This document shows, piece by piece, positions 1-12,692 of a stretch of 64,000 nucleotides of DNA. The position numbers and the translations under genes were made by a program. The stretch is taken from NCBI RefSeq assembly GCF_003704095.1, contig NW_020845843.1:186001-250000 (forward strand). Reading direction: 5' to 3'. Source of the stretch: Pocillopora damicornis (lineage: Eukaryota). The notes under the pieces were generated by a model. That model searched no databases. It saw only the letters and a list, made by a program, of their open reading frames with translations, and was not told the DNA's origin. The stretch's first letter is position 1. Each line of letters starts with the position of its first letter.

Positions 1-151
1 ACAGATCTTCAGGATTTAAAAAAAAAAATCATAGAAATTTGAGGCTTAAACCGATCCAAAAATTTATTTGTAGGAAAAGTACAGATAACAAGAAAAGAAG
101 AGTTTTGAGGCATCAGGCACACTTAAAGAATTGTCTAAGCCTGTAACTTAC

Positions 152-3100
152 CCAGTGGACTTGACTGTGTGCTGCGGTCTTCTTCACCATTTTCAATGTT
201 AGATTTTCCTCGAGATAAACTTCCCAGTAGAAGTGCTGTGTCAGCTGAAGTGAAAAGAAAAATAACACTATTTTGAGCCACCTCATTTTTTCCAAAAATA
301 AAATATGAAACACACAAACCACACTAATTGATCTGTTGTTGCATGAATGTCTTATGTTTAGAACCTTTCCGCACTAGCCAAAAGAATTGTTCATTTAGAC
401 AAATTTTCAATCACTTGCAACAAAATTTGTCCTGGGTAAAAACTGGACAAAATCAACTAAATAAACAAATCCCTGTGAAACTTGTCTATCATTTGTGGTA
501 AAAGCTACAACTGGTGAGTAATTGAACTGAAATCAGATTACTAGAAAGGCAAAAATTGTCTTTTAATGTAAAACTCAGGGATTATAAATTTTTAAGATGA
601 TTTAGGATAAATCCTTGAAATTGGAGGTGGAATCCTCTGAAAAGCTATTCTGGCCAGTCTTATGAACGAATGACACCGCTGAGACATTGATGGAATTTGA
701 CAGCTTCAAACACTTTTGATGTGGATGCAACAGACAAAACAAAAATTTTGTCAAGTCAAAATGTTTTTTTTTAAATTTTGTTTGGACAATTCTAGTTTTG
801 TTCACTAGTGCAGAAAGGCCCTTGGCAAAGTTACATGCTAAATTTTAAGTTACAAGAGCAGGCTGCTTGAATTTTCTTTGAGGTTGCAATGAACCCTTTA
901 GTCTAAGATAAGCAAATCTTTAGGTATACAATGCTGTTTTTACCCATCGTGCAGTCTCAAACAATTCAAAGGATAGAAATCAAAGTTTTATGCAAAACTT
1001 ATGACAAAATTTCACAAGAGTAAATGATTAAGTGTCACAAAAACAATCTGCATTCTTCTTGCAAACTACTATATAATTAGGAAAGGTGTTTTTTGTCTGA
1101 TCACAAGCATGGGACAAAGAAAAACTTTTGAGTCCCCATGAGGAATCAAAACTCAGACCTTTGGATTCAGCACTTCGATGCTCAACCACTGAGCCACAGA
1201 GACTACAGTGAGCAAGGACTATTCCAAAGTTCTTATGACACATCCTGTATACTGCTAGAATCAACAATGTCAATAGCGTCATGTTTGTAAACAGAATAAG
1301 AGAGATGGTTAGTTTTGAGCTTGGTAAAGAAATATATAGATTTCATAGTCCCTTAATCAAAGGAATTATATAATTCCTTTATATACAAAAAAAGGTTTTT
1401 TGCAAAACTTATGGCAAAATTTCACAAGAGGAAATGATTAAGTGTGACTATAACAACTTGCATTCTTCTTGCAAACTACATTATAATTCCACTGTGAATA
1501 TATGAAAGTCAAATATTATTGAACTGCAGATAAAGATGTGAATAGGAAAGCGATCTTCACACTAATGAACAGTACTCGAGCAGTAGTGAAAATAAGGCTT
1601 GATAAAAACTCAGCCCTGTTTGGGATTTGAACCCATGACCTCTGTAATACAGGTGCAGAGGTTACTGAAAGAATAGGTAATTTTGACATGCTTAACAACA
1701 GACTGGAAAACATGTGAAACTTCCAACCACTCTTCCTAATCCCTCACCTTTTCTTCTTTATTTAATTTTTTTAATCACTAAGTTGATATTATTGCAAGCC
1801 TTTTTCTGGCTTGATGCCTGCAACAGGCCACTCTCTTGAGAAAAAAATTAATATCTTAATTCTCTGAAGATTTGGTACATTAAAGGAGAAATTTTCCTTG
1901 ATTCTATGAGTGCAGTAAATATCAAAAAAAAATAAAGGCAACAAAGTGTGACATCACTTCAAGGCTGGGGATGACTAACACAGATCTCAAAAAAACAGCA
2001 ACACAATATGGTTATGACAGTGTTCAATAACACAGGACCCCAAAACTCAAGCAAGACTCACATAAATATCACATCAATTCAACTCCAAGCACAGGAAAAG
2101 AGAATTGTGCAACCTTTCTACAGACAAATCAAAAACAAAAACTACTTCAGCAAAAACAAAGCGATGCATAGCTTTTCATGCAAACCTTGCCACCTCCAGT
2201 TAGTATTCAAAATAACCACAGGTTACAGCATTTATATGAGAAAATCTTGACAAGCTAGGAATCAAAATAAGACACTAACTTATAACTTTAAGTGAAGCAT
2301 TATGTGGATTAATAGTGAAGTGTTACTACCACAAATACTGCCTGCCTTGTTAAAAAGTTTGGATTCCCTGAAACACATTCAAGGCCAAAGCATATGTTAA
2401 GCACATTATCATAACAATTAAATGTTGTGGTTATTTAGACTCAGAAACAAACTGTTTTTGAGTTATTAAAGATACATGATAGCCAAATATATTCTCTGAA
2501 CATCACCTCTCTTCAAATATCTCTTAGTAGAAGATAAAGTTTTATCCACATAACCACTTGCTATAAGCAATAGACTTAAAGCTCCAAACAAGGTATTCAA
2601 ATTTACATATAATGTCAATGCTGTATTTCTTATCAGAGATGCAAATAAACTAATGTTAAAATCATACACAAAGAGTTGACTCATTCTCAATTCCAATAAA
2701 AATAAGTGGAAAAATGTTATCGGGGAGTGATGCTGACACTAAATCAATGCATTTGTGATCCAGTGTAAAATTTATCGCTATCTAAAAATACAGAACACCA
2801 CCGAATGATTGAGTGTGTTAATTTCCGAAAAGATGTCTATATTTCCTTAAACCTAAAACGTACAAGTGATATATTTATAAGCTGCTCTCGACCAGAACTT
2901 TTAACTGATAACCAGGGCATACAAGGAATCAAAAAGCCTTTTCACACAATATTCTACTGATTCAAACAACTGAGAAAGGCCGTGTCGAAAATCTCACTTT
3001 CGATATTAAAACTTAGTCAATACACAATGCTCAATGTTGTTTTGAGACACTTACCGAGTGAAAACGAACGAAACTTTTTTCGTTTTGGGGTGTTTTTGAT

Positions 3101-5033
3101 TTTCTTTCCTTCTCCAACATCTGCTTTGGACTCTTCGTCGTTATTAGTCGACATTATCCGAACAAAACTTAGGAGAATGCCGATAGAAAGCTCATAACCA
3201 GATTTGCTCTGTTCCTAACAGCGACAAATGGGAACCAGTTCCGTTGGCTTACCGCAAAAAGGTTCTGGGACTATCCAACCCTTTGCATCTCACAAATAAT
3301 TCATTTCCTCTTTAACGAGATCGCAGACGGCAATATTTTGCTACTTGGTTCGTAAAAACAGCTATATTTCTTTCTGTGGAACCCCCACAGATTAGGACAA
3401 AGGAAAACAGTCAATAGTTGTTCAGCGCAAAAGAAATTAAGGCAGATGCAGTTGGTTCTATGCAAATTCAAAACCGAAAATTTTTTAGGATGTTTTTAGT
3501 TCACCTTCCTGAAACACTGATTCTTCCCTGTAAGCGATAATCACATTTTTTTAATTTAAGCAAAGAAATAAAAATCTTTACACGTAGATAATCAAATATT
3601 ATTTTCGTGAGAACTAAGTCGTTACCAAGCTGAAGAGCGTCGCTAACTCTTAACAGTTAATTGCCGATATATTTAAAAGGAGTCACCATTTTAAAATGAA
3701 TCACCTTGTGGGAAATGGAACGTAAAATTAATGTACTTTAAGGGAGGGCACAGTCAGTAAGGAAAACACGAACCCTCTACTCAAAATTATGTCACTGCTC
3801 GCCAACAAGTTCATATTTGGTGGTGTGTCTAACTGACTCGAGCACAACAAGCCTTTGAACATAACAAACAAACTATTTCGTACATTTTGAGCAAAAGATT
3901 ATACAGAATTTTATGACAATTACCATAATCAATTGGGAAAAGTATAAAGAAGGGTAACATTTGTATAGATGAGCATCGTTACCTACGATCTTGGGGATGT
4001 GTGATCCCAGGGTTTGGTGGGAGTCAACTGGGCGATCTCTCCCAAGTCATAAATGTATTCCCAGAGGATCACAAAAGAACAAAATAGAATAAGGGAAGAA
4101 AAAAATTAGGCACCTTTCTCCTCGTTCTTTCGTGTACTCATTTCTGGGTGCGATCCACCGACTGGCTTGGCTGACCAAGACCTGAACGGTCGGTTTGCAA
4201 TTCAACTTACTTCAATATGGCGGCCTATGGCAACTCAACTCAGTAGAAATTTGACGTCAATTTCCAAGCCAGAAGAGATTGACAAAGACTGTACTATGCA
4301 TATTTTAAAGCGAGTCAATGTTGATTTTATGCTATAGGCACTGGTGCGAAAGCCTTCGGTCTTAGAAAGTAAAAGAGGTTTGGAAGCGGCCAGTTGTCGT
4401 TATCGATCACAAATGTACCGGCGAAAGAAAATATGCGCGCCCGCTGTATACACAAATTTTACGTTTTTCCATGTCATTACGACATTTCCGGTGAAACCTT
4501 GAGATGCGACCTCCCACCAACAAAATTCAAGAATAACTGAGAGCTATGATATCAGTAATATTGTCCGATAGAAGCTGCAAATATGGAAATTGACCCTTCA
4601 GATGCTCGAATACAAACACAAATTGCCGAACAAAGAATCCTTAAGGGTTTTATTTCATACCATGGTGTATCGGAACAAAACCAGCCGCCAACGAGTCTTC
4701 GATCTCACTGCAGTCGCTTTCTGCAGAGCTGTCCGTCTGAAAATGACAAACAGAAGAAATTTATGTGTCACTTGATACTCTTAAAATATAACTGGCATAA
4801 TAATTATAAACATTCATTCTGTAGCAACATAAAGTTTACGTAGACTGTACAAAAACCACAGCATTAAAATGAATAACAAGTCGTCACATTGTTTTGGTTA
4901 CAGGACTTACATCGTGACCACTCATTCCCGTGGTAACTGGTTCGGTTAAACCCCTTTCTTGCTCAAATTCGAACGGATTGTCGTCGGACGCCCTGATCGT
5001 TGGCGTGAACTGCGTAGAGTCGTTGAGATCCAT
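152..5033 (-). CDS. 5' exons of an unidentified gene that continues off the left edge; probably two alternative first-exon sets
   Basis: Exon 3154-3055 (MSTNNDEESKADVGEGKKIKNTPKRKKFRSFSL, donor G|GTAAGT, phase 1). Exon 244-152 (polypyrimidine acceptor ttcacttcag, ADTALLLGSLSRGKSNIENGEEDRSTQSSPL, donor G|GTAAGT, phase 1-1). Upstream exons 5033-4911 (MDLNDSTQFTPTIRASDDNPFEFEQ..., phase 0) and 4736-4661 (TDSSAESDCSEIEDSLAAGFVPIHH, donor G|GTATGA, phase 1) also join the 244 exon in frame. No homology recognised. Confidence 0.45.
985..1488 (+). repeat. Imperfect ~95 bp direct repeat (copies ~985-1078 and ~1395-1488)
   Basis: tgcaaaacttatg(a/g)caaaatttcacaagag(t/g)aaatgattaagtgt...tgcattcttcttgcaaactac...tataatt occurs twice. 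Confidence 0.85.
1080..1335 (-). mobile_element. tRNA-derived SINE-like interspersed repeat
   Basis: Minus strand reads tRNA-like A/B boxes (gtggctcagtggttgagcatcgaagtgctgaatccaaaggtctgagttttgattcctcatgggg). A decayed inverted copy lies at ~33420-33570. Confidence 0.7.
1493..1660 (-). mobile_element. Second tRNA-derived SINE-like repeat (partial)
   Basis: Minus strand B-box-like gaggtcatgggttcaaatcccaaacagggctgagttttt followed by a body; similar layout to 24090-24232. Confidence 0.6.
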
Positions 5034-6401
5034 ACCACTTCGCCTGCTTTATCCTGCGTCAATGGCTTACAACTAACGTAATGCACATGTAAATTTTCCC
5101 TTGTAATCCCGGGAGAGCAGTAAACCACTGAATAAATTAACAAAACATCGACTCTCGGGGGTAGTGAACGTTATTATTGCCGTTTCTATGAAAAATGGTA
5201 ATGGTCAAGATATCAAATCTAAACAAACAAACAAAACTAATCAGGCGAAGTTCTTCCCAAAGACATAATGATTATGGTAACTATTGCAGGCGTTACTTGG
5301 TTGTTTTTTTTCTTCTGTTTGCAACGCCAGATGGGAAATTGCCGAACATTGTCTTCTGATTCTGATTATCTGATTATCTGTATGCTGCCAAAGAGTAACC
5401 AATGTCGAGCATAGTTTGAAGCAATCATTGAAACAATGACCAGGCTCTGTCCAGTAACTTGAGGATGATGTCAGCATCAGACCCTTGTCTGTTGAAAGTA
5501 ATGCTGTATTGCAAAGTTGTCCACGAGAACCCTACGAGGACAAAGGCTTTAAAACAAAGTACGCCTTGTCTATAATGAATTGTTTTGGAAAATAATTTCC
5601 ATTATCTAGATCCCTTTACCATCCCTTTGTGTCCGCCCTTCAAAGATTGTAAACATTCGAGCAAGGTAAAATCGCTGAGCTACTTAGGCGGTAAAATGAA
5701 ACCAGTCAACGTAATCATAAGAAGTCCCGACTTAAGAGGTTTAAGCTGGCTGTCGAGCCAGGAAACAACCTCATACCTGACATACAGTATGAGACTTTCT
5801 AATCTTGCCTGAATTTCTGTAGCACCACCAAGCTTAAGCAATCTGCACTGCCCTTGGAAAATCCAAAGGGTGCGTGAAGTATATTGTGACCTTCAAGAAA
5901 ATCTCGACATCACGGCACAAATGATGAATCTGACACCATCAGCTAAAGTTGAATACGATAAAACAGATTGTTCTTTCAGCCCAATGGCCAGATGATGCCT
6001 TCGTTAGCTTCTCCCTCGCGCCTCTTAGAGATGTAGCAGTCAGCAAGGGTCCTCGAGAAATTGATTCGGAAAAAGCTCCGAAGTAGAAAAAGAATAAGTT
6101 TTTCTTCGTCATTTTTGTTGGCGTGCACGACTAATTTTTGCTTTTTTTTCCTTGCTTTTTTTCTTTTATTTCTGTAAAGGTACTTTCATTTATTTAATAA
6201 TATTGGCATCGGTGACTGTAACGAAACTAAGTGCTAGATGGTTAACAACTTTTATTTATTTGTTCCTTTCCAATGTCTAACGGTCTGGCAATTACTTACG
6301 TTAAATTGATGAAATAAACCTGCTCTTGAAAGGTAATTTCAAGAAGAGGACTTGTTAAGGACTGTGAACAGTTGCTGATTACGCTCCAAAAGAAGCTGAT
6401 T

Positions 6402-6519
6402 GGTACACAGCCTACATAAGTAAAAGTTTAGCGTGTGCAAAGATTAAAAGATCAAAAGAAAATCGGTACACAGCCTACATAAGGGAAGTTTTAGCGTTGA
6501 AAGATTAAAAGATTAAAGG
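6402..6519 (+). repeat. Tandem repeat, ~63 bp unit x ~2
   Basis: ggtacacagcctacataag...tttagcgt...aaagattaaaagat occurs twice in tandem. Confidence 0.8.
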
Positions 6520-8602
6520 CTAGTGATGATGGTCGCCACGGATTAAACATCCTTGGTTCCAAGAAAACTACGGAAACTCACTTGCGCTCTGTATTGGCTT
6601 GTACTGAGAACTCTTTTGGTAACTTCACACATGATGTTAATCAAAGCTATTATTTGATCACCAGAATATAATGATTAATATTGCTCAGGTTCAAAGTACG
6701 AATACTGCGGAAGTGAGTGTGCACAGTTAGCTAGAAAAGCAGCCACGAAAATGATAATAATGAAGGACATTATAATACTTCCTGCTGTGGATTACTTTCC
6801 TTTCATTTTAAATTCACCAAGTGGCAAAAATTCGTGTAATTCATAAATGATCTTAAACTGGAACATCCTATCGTGACAAAAAGGCCAAATTCCCTAAGCT
6901 AAATGTATGATTGATTGATCATGGGGATGAAAACGAAGTTTTCCACAAAGACATATACATCAGGTGATACATGTCTATCAAAATTGGGGATGAAAGATGT
7001 TTGACACTTTTCCCAGAAATCAGTCATTTTAGACCCACATGAGCAAACTGCAGTTCCCGGACTGAATATATTTTCCACATGCTTGATATTGAATACTTGT
7101 TATCAGTCCAAAGAACACGCTATTTCACGTGAATTTCATTTGTTCTTGATGGATTCAAAGCGTGTCGCCATTGTATTGTAATTTCTCGTGACAGGGACAT
7201 TTGCTAGGAATAAAAAAAAACTTCGATTGCATCATTGAATTTTTAAGATAAACAAATGACAAATTGGTTAATCTCATAGTGGTTTCAAGTGGTTTCAGAT
7301 TCGACTTTTTTCGCTAAATGGTCAAGGTCGCAAAGATCTTAAGTGCAACATCGAAAGTTTGCTGAAGTTGGAAGCTTATCCAGTCTTATTCCTGACGTAA
7401 CAGGAGTTTCTAAGAGGTCACGAAGCGCCGGGTGAGTGAAATTCTGGCTTTGTAGGTTTTTCTTTCAACGATTGTCACATTCACTTGACGGTATCATTCT
7501 TGAGTGCGGTCTGAAAGTTTGTCCGCCATGCAGCTCGTCGGTTTACTCTTGCGTTTGAGTTTACATGTTCGCCGCAGTCCTTCCAAAACCAATCCTACGA
7601 CGTGTTTGCTTAAAGAGCCTCGGGATTAAGATTAAGTGTTATCCACGTAAATTATAAGTTGCATTATTAGCTTTGTGTTGATAAAAGGTTAATATTTACG
7701 GAGAAAAACCTCTCCCGTTGCATGTTTCGCACCTAAACTTGTTCTTTATAACGGGTAGTATATTTCGTTCGACTGTCAGAGATTCCACTGATACAAAAGC
7801 TGGTCAACATAACGAAATCAGTCGGCCTTCAGTTGCAAGGCCAGCTTTACCAAAAAATGATTTCATATTTACTAACTTAATGGTTGCCTTTGTCCCCTTA
7901 TTTTGGCTTTCACGGTCCCCATGACCTTGATATGAAAAAGCAATGAAAAGCACCGAAGCCTTGACCATGGCTACAACGAAAATTGGAGGGAAATCTACCG
8001 TGCGTGACTGAATCGCTGCATTGTTGATCAGTTGTTAATTCTGTTAAAGTACCGAGTTCTTAGTCAGTGAAGAACTGCTGTTCATTTGCCAAAACTAACT
8101 TTTAAATTTTAACTTAATTTGAATTCTTAGCTTACTCTTCCGTAGTCCTTCAGTGCCTTACAAGCTAAGCAACTCATCACTTACGTAACAAGGGTGATCG
8201 TGCCTCATCATGCTTTGAGTTAAACGAATGGACTTTCTTATTTAAGAAAATATTTTTATGTTCAGTGTATTCTTTTAACACGCGTACGATTAATTTTTGT
8301 ATTCCAATGGGTCTATGGTATATCAGGTGAGCCCTTCCCACACCCCTCTATATACCATATACGGCGGTGATTTCCTTTGCTATAAATAAACTGACACCAA
8401 ACAATAAACAATGATATCAAAATTCGTGCAACATAATCCAACAAAATTATTCAATCTTTCTTCAACCCACTTACGCGTTTCATGATTATTTCCCTATTTC
8501 GTTTTCATTTTTAGGCCTTCATTTGGAGCTGAAATATCAAGAGTTTCCTACAGTCAGTGACAGTGACATTTAACTACAAGAACTAACAGGGAAGCTTATA
8601 AA

Positions 8603-11600
8603 ATGTGTGATAAATTGAAGCACAAGATCGTTAAAAGCGAAGCAAAACCAGATAAAGTCACGGCAGTCGCACTTCATGTAGACGAAGATTGTCCTGATGG
8701 CGGGTACGGTTGGATCATTTGTATGGCTGCTGCCATCATTCAGTTCATTATCCTGGGTATTCATAACAACTTTGGAATTCTCTACACCTCTTTGATAAGC
8801 GATCTTCATTTTAAACCTTCAGATGCAGGTAAAAATTTCAATTTTCAAAGATTTACAGGGGAACTGACTGATTAGTTGTTCAAAAATTTTGTCGGGTAAT
8901 CCGGGTTATGATTGCATGCAAAACAAAAATTATTCTGCGCCTTCGAGACGAAGGGCTCTCTTCTCTTTTTTATATTATTTTCAATACTATATTTGCGTCG
9001 TACGCGAATGAACTTGTTCATCAAGGGAAAGTCTGTCTGTACGGGGCGCCAAGAGCGAATGAATTATTAAGCCGTTTTTATTTACATCTATCGAAAGAGT
9101 CAACTCGAAGATTTTTCTATCATAGTTAGAAAAATGTTGTCGTTTAGGAAAGGAAATAAATTGAAGTAGAAAAGGGGTTGCACATTTTTTTTTCTACATG
9201 GCGATCCGTTATTTGAGACCTCTAGTGAATATAAATTTTCTACTTACGTAACATATTAATAAGTTACTTGTATCGTCGGGAAAACCCTATGCCCAGTAGA
9301 GATAAACGCTCAGGTGGCGTGATCAATGTATATTCCACATTCGCTACCTCTGCCTTCTTCTTAGGCCTCTCTGGGTATACAAGGCAATATTTGTTATGTA
9401 CCATAGATTCTTAAGTAGCGTTACTTCATTTCAATTTATCGGTGAACTGCAATTTGCAAGAAAAACAAAGGTCGCAACAACTCGTGATTTCTTTAAGGTC
9501 TCAAAGTCGATAAATCTGGTTAGTGCTTTTTTGCAGTCACGACTGAAAGGATATGCTTGAATTTCGGTGATTGACCTGACTTGTTAATTACCATATTCGC
9601 CATATCCAATTGAATATTAACGGAAAGAGTATAGAGCAATGTTTAATTTTGAAAATTCTTCGGTCCAGACTTGGATGAAGAGGCCGGTCATGCGCGATCC
9701 AACGTCATTGATCAGTTTTCTTGTGAAAGTTTACTCGACAAATGTTCTGTGTTAGGGCCAAGTTGCTGAGTCACTATAGTTATGTGCCATGTTTTGGTTT
9801 GATCTGACTAGCATAATCCCACAATTATTTTCAAAACTGTGCGCCAATTTAGACAAATTAAGTGAAACAATCATTTTTACCGTCGTTCGTGAAGATTGGC
9901 TGCGTGTATTGGAAGAACTTAGGCATGAAGCAACGAAGGATAAAAGGTTTAAGTGCGTAGTCTGTGATTAAAGAGTGACCGCGCTAATAACACTTCACTC
10001 CCTACTCTTTAGCTTGGGTTGGTTCCATTGCGTTTGGGATGAACTTCCTCTGTGGTCCAATCACCAGCAGCTTATGTCAGAGATACGGCATTCGTTTGGT
10101 GGCGGCGGCTGGAGGTTTTATTGCTTCCCTGGGCCTCTTCCTAACGTCATTCACTAACAGCCTCTACGTCATTTACCTCACTTACAGTTTCCTTTGGGGC
10201 TTTGGCTCCAGTCTAAACTATGCTCCAACTATGCTTGTATTGGGTAAGTAAGAGATCTGTGGCTCAAATGAAAGTTTTTACATGAGAAAGCCAACAACAG
10301 ACACTGCATCGCTGCATTCTCTTTTCACAACTGTTTACTTTCATAAGAGGCCATGAAATCGAAAGGTTGGAGATAGGATAGTCTGAAAACTTTCTTCATT
10401 TTCTATTTACTTCTCCAGGTCAATATTTCAAAAGGTATCTTCCATTAGCAAACGGAATAGTTACAGCTGGAAGTGGTGTCGGCACCTTAGCAATGGGACC
10501 ATTGTTTCATGTCATTCTCTCATCAATGGGCTGGAAAAAAATGCTCAGGATTTTCTCTTGTTTAGGAATTGTCATGTTCATATGCGCTCTGCTTTACCGT
10601 CCCCTCCCTGCTAAGTATAAACGTGCTCAAAAACAGCCTGAAAAGAAGACAAAGTTGTTTGACTTTTCTGTGTGGAAAATGAAGTCATTTGTGTTCTGGG
10701 TGATCTCCATGTCTCTCTTGTTTATTGGCTATTTTGTTCCGTTTATTCATTTGGTAAGTTCGGCAATTTTTATTATAATAAAATCTTATAGTTGAATCTA
10801 TTTCAACAGCAATTCAGATGATGCAAAGGTCTTTACTTGCGTGGGGGTTTCATTGTTTCACTGAAGTGAAACCTTAAGAGACTTCGAGATTCTGAAGCTG
10901 ATGAAAGAACCTTTTTATCGTGCTCTTGATTTGTTGCTCGTGCTAACTTTCATCATTTATTTTGAATAACGCTGAATTACAGTGGTTTAGGTTAAGCGAT
11001 AAAAGGGAACTCGGTAACCGCATATTGACTCAAATAACGTGAATGATCATTTCCTTAGAAGGTCAAATACAAATTTAAATCATACAACAGTGTGACAAAC
11101 AAAAACAGAAAGCTTAAACCGATCGGACTATTTTGCTTAAAACAGCAATTGTATGTGTAAGTTTTGCAGTGAGAAGAATTCCATTCAGTCTACTTGGGCT
11201 TAATACTTTGACACTTAAACAAACATTCTACGTTTCTTTCTTTAAGCCCAATCACGCAAAAAATCTTGGAGTGCCTGGTTATCAGTCCTCTCTTCTGGTC
11301 GGTTATTTGTCTGTCGCCTCTACCGTATCACGGGTTCTATTTGGTCTTATTCTTAATCATCCCAGAGTGAACCGCTTTTACGTGTTACAGGTATTACTTG
11401 CACATCTCTCTTATTTTAATTTTCAGCAGCACACTTTCGATTAATTTGGACGGTATCCAGGGTACTGGATCGAGCCCATGAACTCGACGCTAGCTCGAGT
11501 TCCTGAGTTCAACTCTGGCTACTTGATACCAAATTTAAACATCTGAATGAAATCTTTTATTCTCTTTTAGCTCTGTTTCCTCATGATGTCAGTGACCACC

Positions 11601-12692
11601 ACTTTATGTCCCCTTGCACAAGATTATACTGGTCTCATTCTCTATGCAGTAGGATTTGGAGCATTTGATGGTTGCTTCGTTCTGTTGATTGCTATCACTA
11701 CAAGTGATATAGTTGGAGCTGGAAAACTCCCTGAAGCTTTAGGAGGCTTATATGGGGTTATCGCCATTCCAATGATATGTGGTTCGCCGCTTGCAGGTTT
11801 GTAGATGTTACTAATAGGGGAGGGGGGGNNNNNNNNNNNNNNNNNNNNNNNNNNNNNNNNNNNNNNNNNNNNNNNNNNNNNNNNNNNNNNNNNNNNNNNN
11901 NNNNNNNNNNNNNNNNNNNNNNNNNNNNCTAATAGGGGAGGGGGGATGGATTATAGGAACACATATGTGGCATTTATGTGGGCTTGTTACTAATAGGGGA
12001 GGGGGGATGGATTATAGGAACACATTTGTGGCATTTATGTGGGTGCGGTGATATGTCCTAAAGAAACTTGAAGTGTTATTGGGTTCCATTTCAGCCAAGT
12101 ATCGGAATTTTCTTCTGCAAAATCTCTTGCACCATCATTTCTCACTATTTGCAAAATATTTGCATTAGTTTCGATCTTTCTTTTTTCTTTGAAACTTTCC
12201 TTTCCACGGTTACTCTAATGGACTACTCTAATGGACTACTCTAATGGGCAGTGAACCCGATATGTTAGAACTTTTTGGGAAGTTACTTTTTGAATCTTAC
12301 AATTTTTTTCGTTCGTTTCTTTCCAAGGGTTAATTTTCCAAGTAACTGGCTCATATCAGAATGCTTTCTTCGTTGCTGGTGGAGCAATAGCGTTAGGTAC
12401 TTGTACCTTGTCTCTAATCCCACTCTTTATGACGCGGGACGTACATGAAGAGATACCTACTGTTCGTGTCGAGCTTTGTGCAGATCATTTAGATAAAGAA
12501 GACAAAAGTCAAGACATTCTGGACGTAGTTTATCACTCTTCAGGAAAACAAAGGAACTCTGGTTTTCTTTACGACACGAGTAATTTTGCACTCAGGCGCT
12601 CTTTGTCGTGCTTGGCTCTTAGCAGGATCGGGGAATCCGTCTGTGGAACACAGTGTATATTGGAAATGCTTGAAAGAGAGTCCAATGTATAA
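8603..12692 (+). CDS. SLC16A10-like: SLC16 monocarboxylate-transporter family protein, MCT10/MCT8-like; 6 coding exons
   Basis: Exons 8603-8828, 10013-10243, 10419-10753, 11247-11390, 11571-11796, 12328-12692 join in frame. SLC16 signatures: PDGGYGW, AWVGSI, GQYFKRYLPLANGIVTAGSGVG, GYFVPFIHL, SRVLFG, FDGCF. Confidence 0.93.
11806..12043 (+). repeat. G-rich minisatellite (~61 bp unit) spanning a 100-N assembly gap (11829-11928) in the last MCT intron
   Basis: The unit tgttactaataggggagggggg-atggattataggaacacat(a/t)tgtggcatttatgtgggct begins before the gap and repeats after it. Confidence 0.85.
12211..12247 (+). repeat. 13 bp tandem repeat x ~3 (tactctaatggac)
   Basis: Directly visible. Confidence 0.85.

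Noticed and set aside
1130-1200. tRNA-like sequences here and at ~1620 and ~24100 as tRNA genes
   Set aside because: No complete cloverleaf; each runs into a repeat body, so they are SINE heads.
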